A stretch of 64,000 nt of DNA from contig OX442314.1 in assembly GCA_949358305.1 (NCBI GenBank), positions 10,602,001 to 10,666,000 on the forward strand, given 5' to 3'. Positions 14,001 through 27,437 of the stretch are shown piece after piece. The position numbers and the translations under genes are program-made. The notes beneath the pieces are model-generated. The model was given only the letters and a program-made list of their open reading frames with translations, was not told where the DNA came from and made no database searches. The DNA is from Strigamia acuminata. Taxonomy: Eukaryota. Within the stretch, counting starts at the first letter, position 1, and every line of letters starts with the position of its first letter.

Positions 14001-14294
14001 TTCGTCGGACGGAATTGCCACTTGTAATATCCCTCGTGCTAAAAAAATTGGCGATAACCTTTTTTTGCACTAGGGATATTTGGATTTGGATTTTTTCTAT
14101 ACTTTATTATATGGTTTTGGCCATAACCCCGAAAGGCGGAAGGCCTGTGTGGAATATTAGGTCACGCAAGCCGTGATGTGTGGCGACGACCCAACTTTGC
14201 ATTCGAATCGACAACTGGGAAATCATGGAAATCGCAGTGGCAGATGTTCTTGCCGTATATCGGACAAGGATGAGAAACGAAGATGGCTGGGTTG

Positions 14295-14428
14295 GGTTCA
14301 TTATGTTGGTCACCTGTTTCCATTAGAATACAGAAGTTAAGCAGCATTGGGCTTAGTCGGTACTTGGATGGGTAACTGGCTGGGAATCACAAGTTGTTTC
14401 TCGACGTTGTCTAAGGTACTATTTCTAG
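14295..14428 (+). mobile_element. 5S rRNA-derived SINE (SINE3-type), 5' head of copy 1
   Basis: GAAGTTAAGCA (box A region), GTACTTGGATGGGT (box C) and TGGGAA occur at 5S spacing. It runs into non-5S sequence (aaggtactatttctag) shared with the copy at 43647. Confidence 0.8.
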
Positions 14429-14601
14429 TAGACTTTGACCGATATCGATATTTTACAGTATCGGCGATACTGATAATCGGCAACCAAATATAAAAATAAA
14501 AATAAATAAAAATAAACTAGCAAATAATGGAGGAAGTTAGTAAAAATAAAAACAAAGTAATAAAAATACAAAATAAATAAATAAATAAATAAATAAATAT
14601 A

Positions 14602-14940
14602 CAGGGTGTCCCAAATGAACGAAGCCAGTCGAATAACGAAAAGACCATTTGAGTGAGATGAATGAACGAATGTAGTACTAGTAAACTAAGAGAGGGCATT
14701 TCAAAAATCTGAAAACATTTGACCTCTGACATTTTCTTCAAGGTCATTCTAACTTTTAAACTAAGACTGATAGAGCAAAATTCTCAATTGAAAAAAGAAA
14801 GAGCACCTTCTGTTTCGTAGAAAACTGCTCATCAAATTTACTCCGACACAATAACAGATAAAATTACGAAAAAAATAAATCGTGAAAAAGTCTTGATCGT
14901 GGCTTTTGTTTTTGTATTTTTTTTCATTTGGGACACCCTA
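14602..14940. mobile_element. Tc1/mariner-type MITE
   Basis: TA-CAGGGTGTCCCAAATGAA ... TTCATTTGGGACACCCTA-TA. Confidence 0.85.
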
Positions 14941-15112
14941 TATATTTCAAACTTGATCTTAAATAATCACATTTGTCTCCACCTTGCAAGGAACATCTGA
15001 ACAACCACCGGTCGTGCATTGGTGCGTTAACAATGCGCGATGTTATTTTAGAAGATTGTGCGTTGTGCAGGAGCGTTGAAGCTGATGCAGCAACACATGC
15101 ATGTGAACTTAG

Positions 15113-15240
15113 CTTAAGAAAGTCGTCCCACCGATCGTAGTTTGCACGGCCTAAATCCCCACACAAGTATTCTACTTATGGTATCATGACCCATGTTAAG
15201 TGTCACACTACTTACAGACTACTTATATACTACTTAACTT
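15113..15240 (+). mobile_element. 3' body and tail of SINE copy 1, separated from its head by insertions
   Basis: agtcgtccca...ttgcacggcctaaatccccacacaagtattctactta matches 43800-43892. Ends in three CTACTTA-containing repeats. Confidence 0.7.
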
Positions 15241-15619
15241 CTGTGTTCTAATTTGACAGGGTTACAATACACAGCAAAAAATTCTGTCTGTTGTGACTAA
15301 ACGCTACAATATACCAACAAGGTGCATTAAAAAAAAATATTAACTGTTTAGACAATAACAATGCTCTATTTAAAAAAAATTTAAAAATTGAGGATATCAC
15401 ACTCTTGCAGTGTCCTTGTTAGTTTTTAAGTATTGGAAGTTTCACTCAGTATCGCCAGAGCTCGCTTGGGTATTGTGGAAATCAACTATTGGAAAAAATT
15501 ATCAAGATAATATCACTGGTTGGTTCTCGGTCAATGGCAAGTACCAAAACAGCCAATCGGCTACCTCATAGAAAAACATTATCCTGACAGTTTTTTCGGG
15601 TTTCAAACCAACTCACAGT

Positions 15620-15757
15620 AGCTGCATTCAAAAATAAAAATAAAAAGTTTAGTTTAAGTGTATTTTAAGTTTTAACGTGGGTATAAACAGGAAATGATGT
15701 CATTTTTAGTTTAAAATTGAAGTAAAACACAAAATATTTTAGTTTTTGAATGCAGCT
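15620..15757. mobile_element. MITE family C (AGCTGCATTCAAAAA TIR, AGT TSD)
   Basis: TIRs at both ends flanked by direct AGT. Inverted copy at 40747-40883. Confidence 0.85.
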
Positions 15758-17583
15758 AGTGTTATATCGTACCGAATAGCCTTCGCGCTAAAAACTTTAT
15801 CGCATTTCTATTTTTTTTTTTGCACTCATAGTATTGTGACAATTTTGATTGGCTGCTTTCAATTGGTTGCTGCGATTGGTTTTTGAAAGTCCATGGGAAT
15901 TATCATTAAATATTATGACGCTCTCGGAGAAAATCTCACCTAATCTCACATGCACCGAGCAAATATCTGGTCCTTTTGGAATTCCTCGACACATTTCAGG
16001 ACTTTTATCGATTGTGCATTTTTTAGCAATATAGCCGTTGCAGTGCGGAAGTCAATATCCAATAGCAGTTTATCACGAGTGGTATGGTCCCGTTGACACA
16101 CGTGTTAAAAAAAATTGCAAACGACAAAATTTGTTATGAAAAAAACCGACTAAAAACCGACTAAAAACCACCAGAATTTGACTTTTAGTTTGCTCTAAAC
16201 GACCCCTACACCACCACACGTGACCTTTCAACTGTTGAAACCACAGACAAACATTACTATCATTAACCTATCACAGTGTCACATCAAACACTGGCCAGTC
16301 ACTTGACCAAATTCACATAATCAATGTCCAATAAAAGTTACTATCGGACCAATAATATGCATTGGGAGTATCTACAACCTCTATCGTGAGAAAACTGCTT
16401 CACCAATCCACAAAATGTGACAAATATTCATGATTTTCATCGATTTCATGATCCTGCAAGTTCTCAGCCCAGATATGGATAAAATTTACAGCTACCGGAT
16501 GCAAAATCCTAAAAACCGTTACTAGGGGTAAATATGGAGGCTGCATGATGCCGTATGCATTGTATTGACAACAATACAATGTAAATCTCTAGCTGCTCAA
16601 ATACACCACATATTCCTTATTCGATATTTAAAACAATGATATTAATCGATATTACTTGATAATTAGACCCCGGATATGTATGCAAAATAAATTTCGTTAT
16701 ATGCGCATATAATATGCATCAAAAATTTCAATATGCAAAAAAAAAAGTGAAATATGCAAAATAAAAAAATTTACTTGAGTGAAATCAGGTGTTAAATAAC
16801 AACTTAATGCCATTTCAAAGTGTTCTTATGATAATGCATTAAACTACACAAGCAATGTAATAAGATATTATTGTTTAATTTCCACACGTTCATTCTTTAG
16901 CTGGTTTGTTTCTGTACAACCCAGGCATTAGGAAATGCACTTTAGGATTCACTGACCCTTACAGAAACCGAATAAAGCCATTATACCCTAAATCCAATGC
17001 GTCTTAAGTCATTTTCTAAACGTGTGTACGTGTCTTGCACCGAATGGTTCTCCCCTGACCACGTGATGACCGTCCGCCACTTACGACAGAGATGGGAATG
17101 GGCTGTAGCTGGTTCAAATTGTACATTCCACTTCTGTTGTTGAAGTCTTCTTGGATTCACTGAATTATTATCAGTAGTTACATTCAAAAAGTCTGAAATG
17201 GTATGTTTCTGTCGTATTGTGACGTCGTTTCTTGAAAATGTTTGTTTATCTTGCTGCAGAAACGACTAGAACATAAACTGTGTGGAATGCGGCTTTAAGG
17301 GATTACGTTAAAGTTTTTAAATTTTGTATTTCGACTTAACGTGGTCATGACCCCACAAAAGCTGATGCTTTAATTGCACTAATTGAAATTTAATTTTCAA
17401 TTTGAATCTCAAATGAAGCCTGTGAATTGAAGATTCAATTTGAATAATTCTAACTAGGGAAAAAATTCGCCCAAAGCAGCCATCTTTATCGAATTAATGT
17501 AATTTTAGAATTGCCTCTTCAAAAAATATTATTTTTTGAAATAAAGAAAAGTTAAAAAAAAAGAAAAAAAAAATATTTTCTTA

Positions 17584-17616
<33 letters not shown>

Positions 17617-18157
17617 TGAATGATACCTCAGACACCTTTGACATTTCATATTTCCTTCACGGTTCACAGTTGGTAGAGAAGAGAGAAATCGAGGGGGTGA
17701 CATTAAGACGAAGAACGAAAAGGCGGTGGTGATACCAAGCGCTGCATGGCTGGCAAATTTCCTGCTCGACCGACAAGAATTACTTTTCCAGCTCGCCAAT
17801 CGATATTGCTTTATTTCATCAAATGCAAACCGAATGAAAATAAAAATAGACAGACGACTATAACAAATACAAATCAATTTTTTTCACCCACTTAAAATTT
17901 TTCTTCTATTTTTTTTTTTATGTTGAAATAATTTATTTGCATTTTTTATTTTTATTTCTTATTATTGAATATTCAATGAAACAAACAAAAATTGCTGCTC
18001 ATCAGTCGTCTTCATTCAATTTTACCCACTTAAGGTTTCCACATGCAAAATACAAACAAGTCGCACTACTTCAGGCATCTTCAATACCAATTTCAAATAA
18101 AAAGAAAAAGAAGGCAACTTTGCTGGTTAAAAGATAAAATCCTTCCGCGTGGCCCTA

Positions 18158-18290
18158 ATATTGGAAAATTATGACATAATGCAGTTTGGCTCCGCCCACA
18201 ATAAGAAAACTATAAATTAACGTCGTCATAATGTTATTTTGCAATGGTTTTTCTCATAGAGGTGGCCAACCATTGTTACGATCACAAAAT
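18158..18290 (+). repeat. Old interspersed repeat; other copies at about 905-970 and 31345-31475
   Basis: Shared taatgc..tttggctccg.ccacaa core. Confidence 0.7.
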
Positions 18291-20229
18291 AAGATGTAGA
18301 AATAAAGATGATCCACATTAAAACTGACAAGTTAGGTTTAATAATGGATGAACAATAGGATATACATATTATACAGAGGCATTATGGGTAATTAATAAAA
18401 GTGTTAGCAATAGGTTGCGCTACTTAACTTACTGTTTACAATCGTATCACCTGTCCTCCTTTTTCCAAAGGTCTATTCTACGTTTTGTTTACAAATCTGA
18501 CCAAAAGAGAAGGAAGATATATGAAAGGTAATGTCAGCCTTAGCAACCAAGTGTAGTGCAACATCGCATTAGAGCAACAAGAGAATGTCAAGCCAGTTAA
18601 AGTCGACAAGGAATTACCAAGAATCCAAGAAAAGGAGACCACAGAAGCACAAATTTGCAGCAGTATCGACACAGCCGTAGACGGTTCAAGGATTTCCACC
18701 ATGAGAAAGACCACAACGTCCCTCTTGAGCACTTCCGGTAACCAGAAAGTAGTCCAACAAATTGCGGCTTAAATGACCTAATATCCCACACGGGCACTCA
18801 CCTACGAGGCCATCAATAATACAAATAAATGTTGTCAATATTCCCTCGGACCAAATCTCGTTTCTTCTGCCAGTGAAAGAGGATGAAATGGACGTCGTCT
18901 TTTTGGAAGTTCCATTTTCTGCACGGATTTCTCAATCCAGTGGGACACCATTGCAGTGGCCATGAAAAGCACTTCCAGCAAACCTCAATATTTACCTTTC
19001 CCAACCTCTCTCGTTGGCTTTTCCATCTTCCGTTCATTGTTGTTTTTGTATGTTTTGTCCTTCTTATATTCCGGCCTTGTTAGTGTTGTCGAGTTGTCTA
19101 TTATTCGTTTCAAAGACAAACCTTCCCATGTGGTTCAAAAATATATTTTACCGATTTAAAAGTCGCCCTCGAATAGTAGCCGCGGCTGAGACACCAAGAA
19201 TACCATATTTTTGCAAAAGTACGATATTGTTTGGTTGTTTGTTTTATTTAAAGCACTTCCACGGAGTAAATTACAAGCTAAAAACGAATTAAATGAATAA
19301 AAAGTAATTAAACATTAATTTGAGTTGATAAAAGAAGTGGGGGGTTCCTACCACGAAAGGGGCGGACACCGATTGTTTCCGTATTTAACCTTCAGACTTC
19401 GTTTGTTACATTAAACAAATGTATTTTAAACCATACAGGTTAGACGAGTAAAAGCAATTGTCTGCAACGTTGAAGAATACCTTCAAGTATTACTTATTTC
19501 TTCAAATATTCATTAATAATACAAAGACATTGTCATATTCTTTCAATTCTAATGTAAACCCTTATAAATGTAAGCGCTCTCGGAAAAAACCCTCATATTT
19601 CCATTCATAATTTAAATTTAAGCAAAAAAAACAAATTCATCAAAATCGATTCACCCCTTCCATGTTGAAAGCAGAGCCAAACGCCGAACTCACCTCCTGG
19701 CTCGTATTTCCCGCATAAAAACACAAACCTTTTAGCATTCGAATACAAAACCAACCACCTGCCATACCTCATTACATCTTCCTAACTCCACGCCGTCAGG
19801 TGAGCATGTATAAACTACTGAGTTTGACTTTACTCGACATCGAGGCACCCAGACTTTGGCCCAAGGAAAACATTCATGTATTCAGACAGCCGAGGTAGTC
19901 GAGGGAGATAGCCAATGCTGGAAATCTTGTATGGGCTAAGATTTTGGATTTCAAAGACCATGAAATCACAGAAATCTTAGAAATTCAAGAAATCTTACAA
20001 ATCTTACAGCTGGTAACTGTTTTTTCCAAATAAACACTTTTCTTTTCAGATTTCAACATTACAACAGCAATTTCCAGGATTTATTCATTAATAACCTCTA
20101 AAAATTGTACGAATATTTAAATAATTTGGACATATTTGTTTGTGTTTGTCTTATCCAGTGCATGCATTAAATCAAATATTAATTCAGCTTTTGCCAATTT
20201 GTTTACATGAATAAATTTGAAGCATTCTC

Positions 20230-21160
20230 ACTGAAATCTTGAGAAATTCACCTGAAATCTTGAGAAATTCACCTGAAATCTTGAGAAATTCACCTGAAAT
20301 CTTGAGAAATTCACCTAAATCCTGAGAAATCCACTTAAAATCCACCTAAAATCCTGAAAAATCTCTGAAATCTTCAAATCCATAGCAAACCCATAACAAA
20401 TCCACAACAAATCCATGAAATCTTTATCCAATCTTTGAATCTTACAAATCTTTGGATCTTACAAATCTTTGAGATTTTACAAATCTTTGAGATTTTACAA
20501 ATCTTTGAGATTTTACAAATCTTTGAAATTTTACAAATCTTTGAGATTTTACAAATCTTTGAGATTTTACAAATCTTTGAGATTTTACAAATCTTTGAGA
20601 TTTTACAAATCTTTGAGATTTTACAAATCTTAAGAGATTTTACAAATCTTAAGAGATTTTACAAATCTTAAGAGATTTTACAAATCTTAAGAGATTTTAC
20701 AAATCTTAAGAGATTTTACAAATCTTAAGAGATTTTACAAATCTTAAGAGATTTTACAAATCTTAAGAGATTTTACAAATCTTAAGAGATTTTACAAATC
20801 TTAAGAGATTTTACAAATCTTAAGAGATTTTACAAATCTTAAGAGATTTTACAAATCTTAAGAGATTTTACAAATCTTAAGAGATTTTACAAATCTTAAG
20901 AGATTTTACAAATCTTAAGAGATTTTACAAATCTTAAGAGATTTTACAAATCTTAAGAGATTTTACAAATCTTAAGAGATTTTACAAATCTTAAGAGATT
21001 TTACAAATCTTAAGAGATTTTACAAATCTTAAGAGATTTTACAAATCTTAGAGATTTTACAAATCTTAGAAATTTTACAAATCTTTGAAATCTTACAAAT
21101 CTTTAAAATCTTACAAATCTCTGAAATCTTTAGCAAATCTTTGAAATCTTACAAATCTCT
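20230..21160. repeat. Compound minisatellite: 21-bp unit x4, 18-bp unit about x9, 19-bp unit about x22
   Basis: Units cctgaaatcttgagaaattca, acaaatctttgagatttt and acaaatcttaagagatttt. Confidence 0.95.
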
Positions 21161-21825
21161 GAAATTCAAGAAATCCTTAAAATCTAAAAATTGTCTCGCA
21201 AATTGTAGCAAAAACGAGCAAAATCCTTGACAAAATCTGCCAGAAATCCAAAAATCTTCAAGATTTATCAGGATTTCAAACTCTCCAATGCGATTTATGT
21301 GATTAGCTAGCCCCCAGACTGTAATTTCTGGAGAAAATTTACCTATCCAGACAGTCGAAACCGAGAGAGTCCAGCAGTCTTTTCAAATTCTTGGCAAAAG
21401 CATCATTACAATATCTCCAGTAATCCTCACAAGCTGCTGCTGCTGATGCAAGCAGCCTGGTGTTGGGAGATGGCATTTTCTCCCATGTGGATTTGGGCCA
21501 ATGCCACAAGTGAAAGCAGCTACTTATGCAAAATGCAGCCCTGCCCAACTTACTCAGCGAAAAACTCACCCTTCTATTGTTCGATACACTTCTCTGGTCA
21601 ACAAAATGCATCACCAATAAAAGACGTCAGGTGAATTCGACCTGACCCTTCAAAAGTGATACATGTCAATCGCATTATGCCGGAGAGGAAATTACCAAAT
21701 ATTTTATTAATTTCCAATTTATTTCAACGATATTTCATTTGGAATATCTCCAGGGCCAGCTTGACGAATTTAGCACTCTTATTTATATTTCATTCAGATG
21801 AAGTATATAATTTGACATATGCATA

Positions 21826-22592
21826 CAGAGACGGATTAAAGCGCTTTTGGGGTAGGGAACGGACCTTTTACGATAGGAGGCCCATGAATATTCAGAAATT
21901 ATATCTTCACAACTTTTTATTGCTAAAATGCCATTTTTAGCTGAAAAATGCATGTTTAAGCAAATAAATATATTTGAAGCTGGAAAGATGCATCATTTTA
22001 TGACATTCGTTTTGAAGTAAAAAAAAAATTATACTTTTACACAAAAAGAAGAATTTTCCAGTAAAATAAAACATTTTCAAGTGAAAAACAAAATTTCAAA
22101 TGAAAAACGCATTTTCAGGTGGAATAAAAATGAATTTTTAAGTGAAAAAAATGCATTTCCAGGTGGAAAAAATGCATTTCCAAGTGGAAAAAATGCATTT
22201 TCAGGTGGAAAAAATGCATTTCCAGGTGGAAAAAATGCATTTCCAGGTGGAAAAAATGCATTTCCAGGTGGAAAAAATGCATTTCCAGGTGGAAAAAATG
22301 CATTTCAAATGAAAAAAAATGCATTTCCATGTGGAAAAAATGCATTTCCAGGTGAAAAAAATGCATTTCCAGGTGGAAAAAATGCATTTCCAGGTGGAAA
22401 AAATGCATTTCCAGGTGGAAAAAACGCATTTCAAGTGGAAAAAATGCATTTCAGGTGAAAAAATGCATTTTCAAGTGAAAAAAAAAAACATTTTCAAGTA
22501 AAAAAAATGCATTTTTATGTGAAAAAAATGCATTTCAGGATTTAAAAAATGCATTATTTTACATACACCAAGGAGCCCCTTAATCAGCCCTA
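21826..22592. mobile_element. hAT-like non-autonomous element enclosing a 21-bp minisatellite
   Basis: Decayed TIR cagagacggattaa / ttaatcagcccta. Related decayed copy at about 1490-1740. Confidence 0.55.
22075..22555. repeat. Minisatellite, 21-bp unit CCAGGTGGAAAAAATGCATTT
   Basis: About 20 tandem copies, homogeneous in the centre and decayed at the edges. Confidence 0.95.
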
Positions 22593-25049
22593 CACTATAT
22601 GCTCAAGGCAAAAGTTGTAAACCACGCAAAAACCGTATTTGCTTATATAAACACTAGAACGTATGCAGGCAATTTTCTAACACAAAAGTCTATTCTAATA
22701 AAAGAAAATAGATAAAAATAAATATGTTGTAGCTATTAACTATTAACAAATCAGCAATTAGGGACTCCCAAACCTCAAAACACAACCCTGTCTGCACTCT
22801 TTAACTTCTCCAAATCGTGAGTTTCACTTTTGGTCAACCAAACCACCCAACCCACATACGTGTACACAATCTCCGCTTACATCCCTGACCAGTGACCACC
22901 AACAAACAAGCCTCAATCTAGCAAAACTCATCCACACTCGACCCCACATCAAACACAGATGCAAGCAACCGAGTGAACCAAACCAACAGTTGTCCTGACA
23001 CTTTAATTAAACGTCTTCCTAATCTTTAATTACAGCCTGTCATCTCTTATCACCAGCTGCCTTCATTTTCCCCAACTTCGCCAGTGAAAACGCAAATCTA
23101 GGCACAGGTGCATTCCACTCGCTCCCAACACGCATGCGCACACATTCGCCGTCATCCGTGAAACCCTTTGACCATCTGCCATAGCCCAAACAAATCTGAT
23201 TAATGAGAGATTAATTAAAAATAACTAAAATTGATACGAACCATCGGACCAGAAGTAAGCCGCACTCACAGCGTCTTAAGCCGGAGCGCCGTAGCCCATC
23301 ATCGTCTTTATTAGCCTTTGTGCACACGTCTCCCTCCATACCTCTCCAACTGCATTTGATCAAGTCGCTCCATCATCATGTTTTTCAAGTCTCACATGGG
23401 GAGCAATTAAAAGTCGTCCTCATCATCATCTTTTCCAATAATTAGTCCCCACCCATACTCCTTCCCCTTCCCCTTCAACTTTAGTTTAAGTGTAATTATT
23501 TGCTTCACAAAATAGCATGTAATGAAATGAAACTGGCCGTTAAGTAATCAGCATTGTGCTAGTGCACTCGAGCCACCAGTCCAGCATACCAGAAACACGG
23601 ATTTATCATTAGACTAAAGAAGCTGCAACGCAGAGCCCAAAGTTCTGTGCTCTTTATTTGCGATAGTTAGGCCTAACAATACCGTAAATGCTCTTATTGA
23701 GCTCGGGATGCCCACTGAACATGGGTGGAAAGCTAACCTATGGAATTAGAGCGTAAAACGGGGTTTTAACATTCGCAAGTCAAATTTATATATACTTCGT
23801 TTAAGACGTTACAGTCAATTTCCAGAATAAGTATATGCTTTTTTCAAAAAACCAAATACCTATAGCAAAGTAGGGATGACGAATCCAATGGTGTAATCAA
23901 ATTTTATGCCAGACATGCAACAATGCACTTTTCATTCGCTAACCCATTAACTGGTCGAGATAGAGCAAAATTTCCAATTACAAAGTTGTAGAGCACCATC
24001 AAGTTAGTACAATTCAACTTATCTTAGTCATCTTAAGTAAAATGTTTTTATTTTAAAATGAAAACAAATTAGCTGAAATAAAGCCAGCCATTATGGCAAA
24101 AATTAAATTTCTACTGCAAAAGTACTGAATTTCTTCAATAAATGTATTCAAATTTGCATTATTACGCAAGTACACACGAAAAACCACTGTCTTTTTTTAA
24201 TGTCTATATTATTTTATCTTCATAAAAATAAAAAATCTCAATTTGCTGATTTGTTTTTCTTTTTTAAAAAAAAAACTTAAGGAGTTAACAATAACAAAGA
24301 GTTATTTTTGATGAATCATGACACTTTCTCATTACTTCCGGTCACAAGTCATCCGATATCGTCCAAAAACTCCTACTGAACGTTGGCTTCTCTGCTCGTC
24401 ATCACGTTATTCCACTCGCAGTCGTACGACCACGCTCCATATTTAAATGCCAGTTTTCACAGAGGTTTCTTAAACTTTTTCCACTCGTGACCCCACATCG
24501 CCCAAGAAATTTTTACGCGATCTCGAATACTAAGGTATACTCAATTCTGATTTTTACATTGCAGATTCATTCCAGCAAAAAAAACGTGTAATAAAAGACA
24601 AAAAGGGAAATTCCTTAAATAGTTCGTAGAATTTTTTTTTACTTAAATCAAAAGAAATCGTGTAAAAACGCAATTCAATTTAATTTTCTAGACCATGTTA
24701 CAAGTATATCAAACTCGTCTAAAAGCAGAATTGTGTGTACCACAAAAGCACAGAAATACAAATAACTGATCATGTGATCCTTCTCAAACAATAAAGAGCT
24801 TAATTTCAAAATGTCTGTTTATTACTCACGAAATATCTCTAACATGAATTATTAACCATTTACAAATTAAAGTGAGCTAAATTTTGAATCAATTTAATAT
24901 TTAATGTATTTAAAGTGGCCGGAACAGAGGTAGAAAGTGGCGCCAAAACTGGCTCAAAAACTGCACCCGGACCAGACTAATCGATCAAGATCGAATAATA
25001 GCCGCAACTACAATTCAAGTGCGACTCTTAATCACGAAAATAAAACATT

Positions 25050-25446
25050 TATACTCCAAACCAATACAACGTGGCCCTAACTTCTATTGGTTGAGCAGTC
25101 TCACTGGTGTATGGGCACAAAAAAGTAGCCCATAACACCAGAATTGTAATCTAACTAGACAAAACAACCAATAAAAAACTAAACCTTTGTTTACCTGCCA
25201 AAAGAAACCAACAAACTATACTAACATTGTTTGATTGATTAAAAGGGGAAACAGCTTATTTTAGCAAATAAAATAAATATTTTATTACCAAATAAATAAA
25301 ATCCATCATTCTAATCACTTTTTACACTGAAATTCATTGAAAATAAACAGAACTACTTTTCCGCGTAGTAGAGCGCAGTCCACAGTTAGGCGTAATCCGG
25401 CTCAACCAATAGGAGTTAGGACCACGTTGTATCGGTTTGGAGTAAA
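25050..25446 (+). mobile_element. MITE family A copy
   Basis: About 45-bp TIRs with 3 mismatches. Core nearly identical to copies at 27438, 30286 and 45413. Confidence 0.9.
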
Positions 25447-26201
25447 TACAAAATGTTACAACACACTTAAAGCTTTTTAAAAAAATTCTGCCCCTGGAGA
25501 TTGTTTGTGGATCCACTGCTTGAGCAGACATGAAAGGGTCAAAGAGTACTTTGAAGAAAAAGATGAGTGATAAGGTCAAAAAGCTTAGTTTCTGAATTTA
25601 AAAAAAAAATAAAGAAAAAAGAACAATCCTTTTTTTATTCCCTCCAACATTCTCTTGAAAATTAAAAATGAGGAAAAAAAGAAGAGAAGAAAATGATGCT
25701 GCAGCAACAACTTAATTAGCACTTAATATAACAACAGGGGAAGGAAGAAATTAAAGTGGGAAAAGGCAAATAAGAAATTATGTCTTCAATGGATAAATAA
25801 GAAAAAAAGAAATGGGGTTTAGTAGTGAAAAAGAATTAGAAGTAAAGTAGAAGAAAAAGCAGATGTAGGAAGTTTGTTTCGATTAAGTGTGAGTGTTTCT
25901 TCGCTTAACGTGAAGAAATGTGGGAGAAATCAAGGAATTCTTAAGAAAAGTTTGTTTAAAATAATACTTAATGAACTCTTGGAGCCAAGTAAAATAAAAT
26001 AGCGTGAAACACATTCAAACAATTCTGTCGACTGTGCAAAAATGCAAGTTTCGCAGCGACAGAAATACAGCTTCGCCATCAATTTTCCAAAATTTAAACT
26101 ATACCAATCAAAAATGATTTATTGCATTTTATTTCAGAGATAAAACTATTGTTAAAAAAAAAAACATCTATCTCAATGCACACTTTCCTTATGATAATAA
26201 A

Positions 26202-26744
26202 TAGAGCCCGGATAAATGCATGGAATATATTGACCAAAATAAAGCCAAAATCTGCTAATAATGCATATTTTGCGAAAATCGGAAGTAAATGCATAAATTG
26301 CAGTTTTTATTATACGAAAATGATACGTATCGTCTATCCATGACATGTTTTGTAAACTTATCATATCAGTTAGGCCTTTTATGTATCTAAATACGCACAT
26401 GACATCGTATTTCATTTACATCAATGCCGAAAATTGTTAGTTCGAGATCGACAGGGGAACAATTGAACTTGTATGTTAATGAAATTGATAAAAGCACATT
26501 ACGAGTTGATGTGATTTCATTTTCTGTGTTGTCTGTTCGGCTGCAATTGGCACAAGTGGTAAACCACCACAGAAATCTCAAGATATGGCACTGATCTGAT
26601 TGGTTATTGCAACAAATAATTTCACTGAAATAAATGGTTTTATTTTGCATATTTTCATTTTTTTTTGCATAAAATGAAATTTTTAGTGCATATTTTATGT
26701 GCCAAAATCAAATTTTATTTCACATTATATATATCTGGGCTCTA
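26202..26744. mobile_element. hAT-type MITE with 8-bp TSD
   Basis: TIR TAGAGCCCGGATA / TATCTGGGCTCTA, with ATAATAAA directly repeated on both flanks. Related end at about 16663-16760. Confidence 0.85.
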
Positions 26745-27437
26745 ATAATAAATAAAATGATTTTAACAACATTAATGGCGCTTCAAAACCTTACAAACGA
26801 TTTATTTTAAGCCATAGGCCTTTCGATCGTTTTGTTTATTGTGAAAACAAAGCAACAAAAACAATTGTTACTTGAAAAAATAAGCTGGAATTGTTAATTT
26901 ATGATTCAACTTAAAAAAGTGTAACAATAGATTGTTTTTATCCAAATTAACAAACAGACAAAAGGTGGGAAAATGGAATAAATCAAGTGAATGAAAAACT
27001 TGTCAAAGTTGTAAGTCAATTTACGCAGGGAACAAACCGATCTTCTCTTGTTTCATTGGCAATCAAAGACATTCACGTCGATCCTTTCTTCTCCCTGGAT
27101 CATTAAGAAAGACCAAAACCATCGTCTTTTCAAATTAAGTTATCGCATGACCATTACGTTCAAACCGTGACAATTCCATCCGCGATCATTCATCAAATCG
27201 ATTGAAAAACAAAACTCAACTTTAAATAAAAGATCCCCTCTTTCGATTTTCTTAAGAAAACCACGCATCGATTTTTTATCAATTGTAAGCACAATAAAAA
27301 TGTTTGTAAGACCTCTTTTAAAGCAGCACGTAGAAGTACCTTCTATCTCGAAGCACACCTCTCAAACAGCGTTAGAATTGAAACAACAAAACAAGAAATT
27401 AGTTTTCACCAAAAGCCCTTCGATCTTGCGATGTCAT

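Noticed and set aside
14295..14400. Functional 5S rRNA gene
   Set aside because: Helix I ends and a T-run terminator are missing, and it is fused to a repeat body shared with a second locus.
21339..21634. ORFs and splice-like sites around 21.3-21.6 kb
   Set aside because: No recognisable protein, and the frame needed to join the PH exon contains a stop.
20435..22501. Repetitive ORFs (ILQIFE)n, (PGGKNAF)n, (MHFFHLE)n
   Set aside because: By-products of 18- and 21-bp minisatellites, open in several frames and on both strands.
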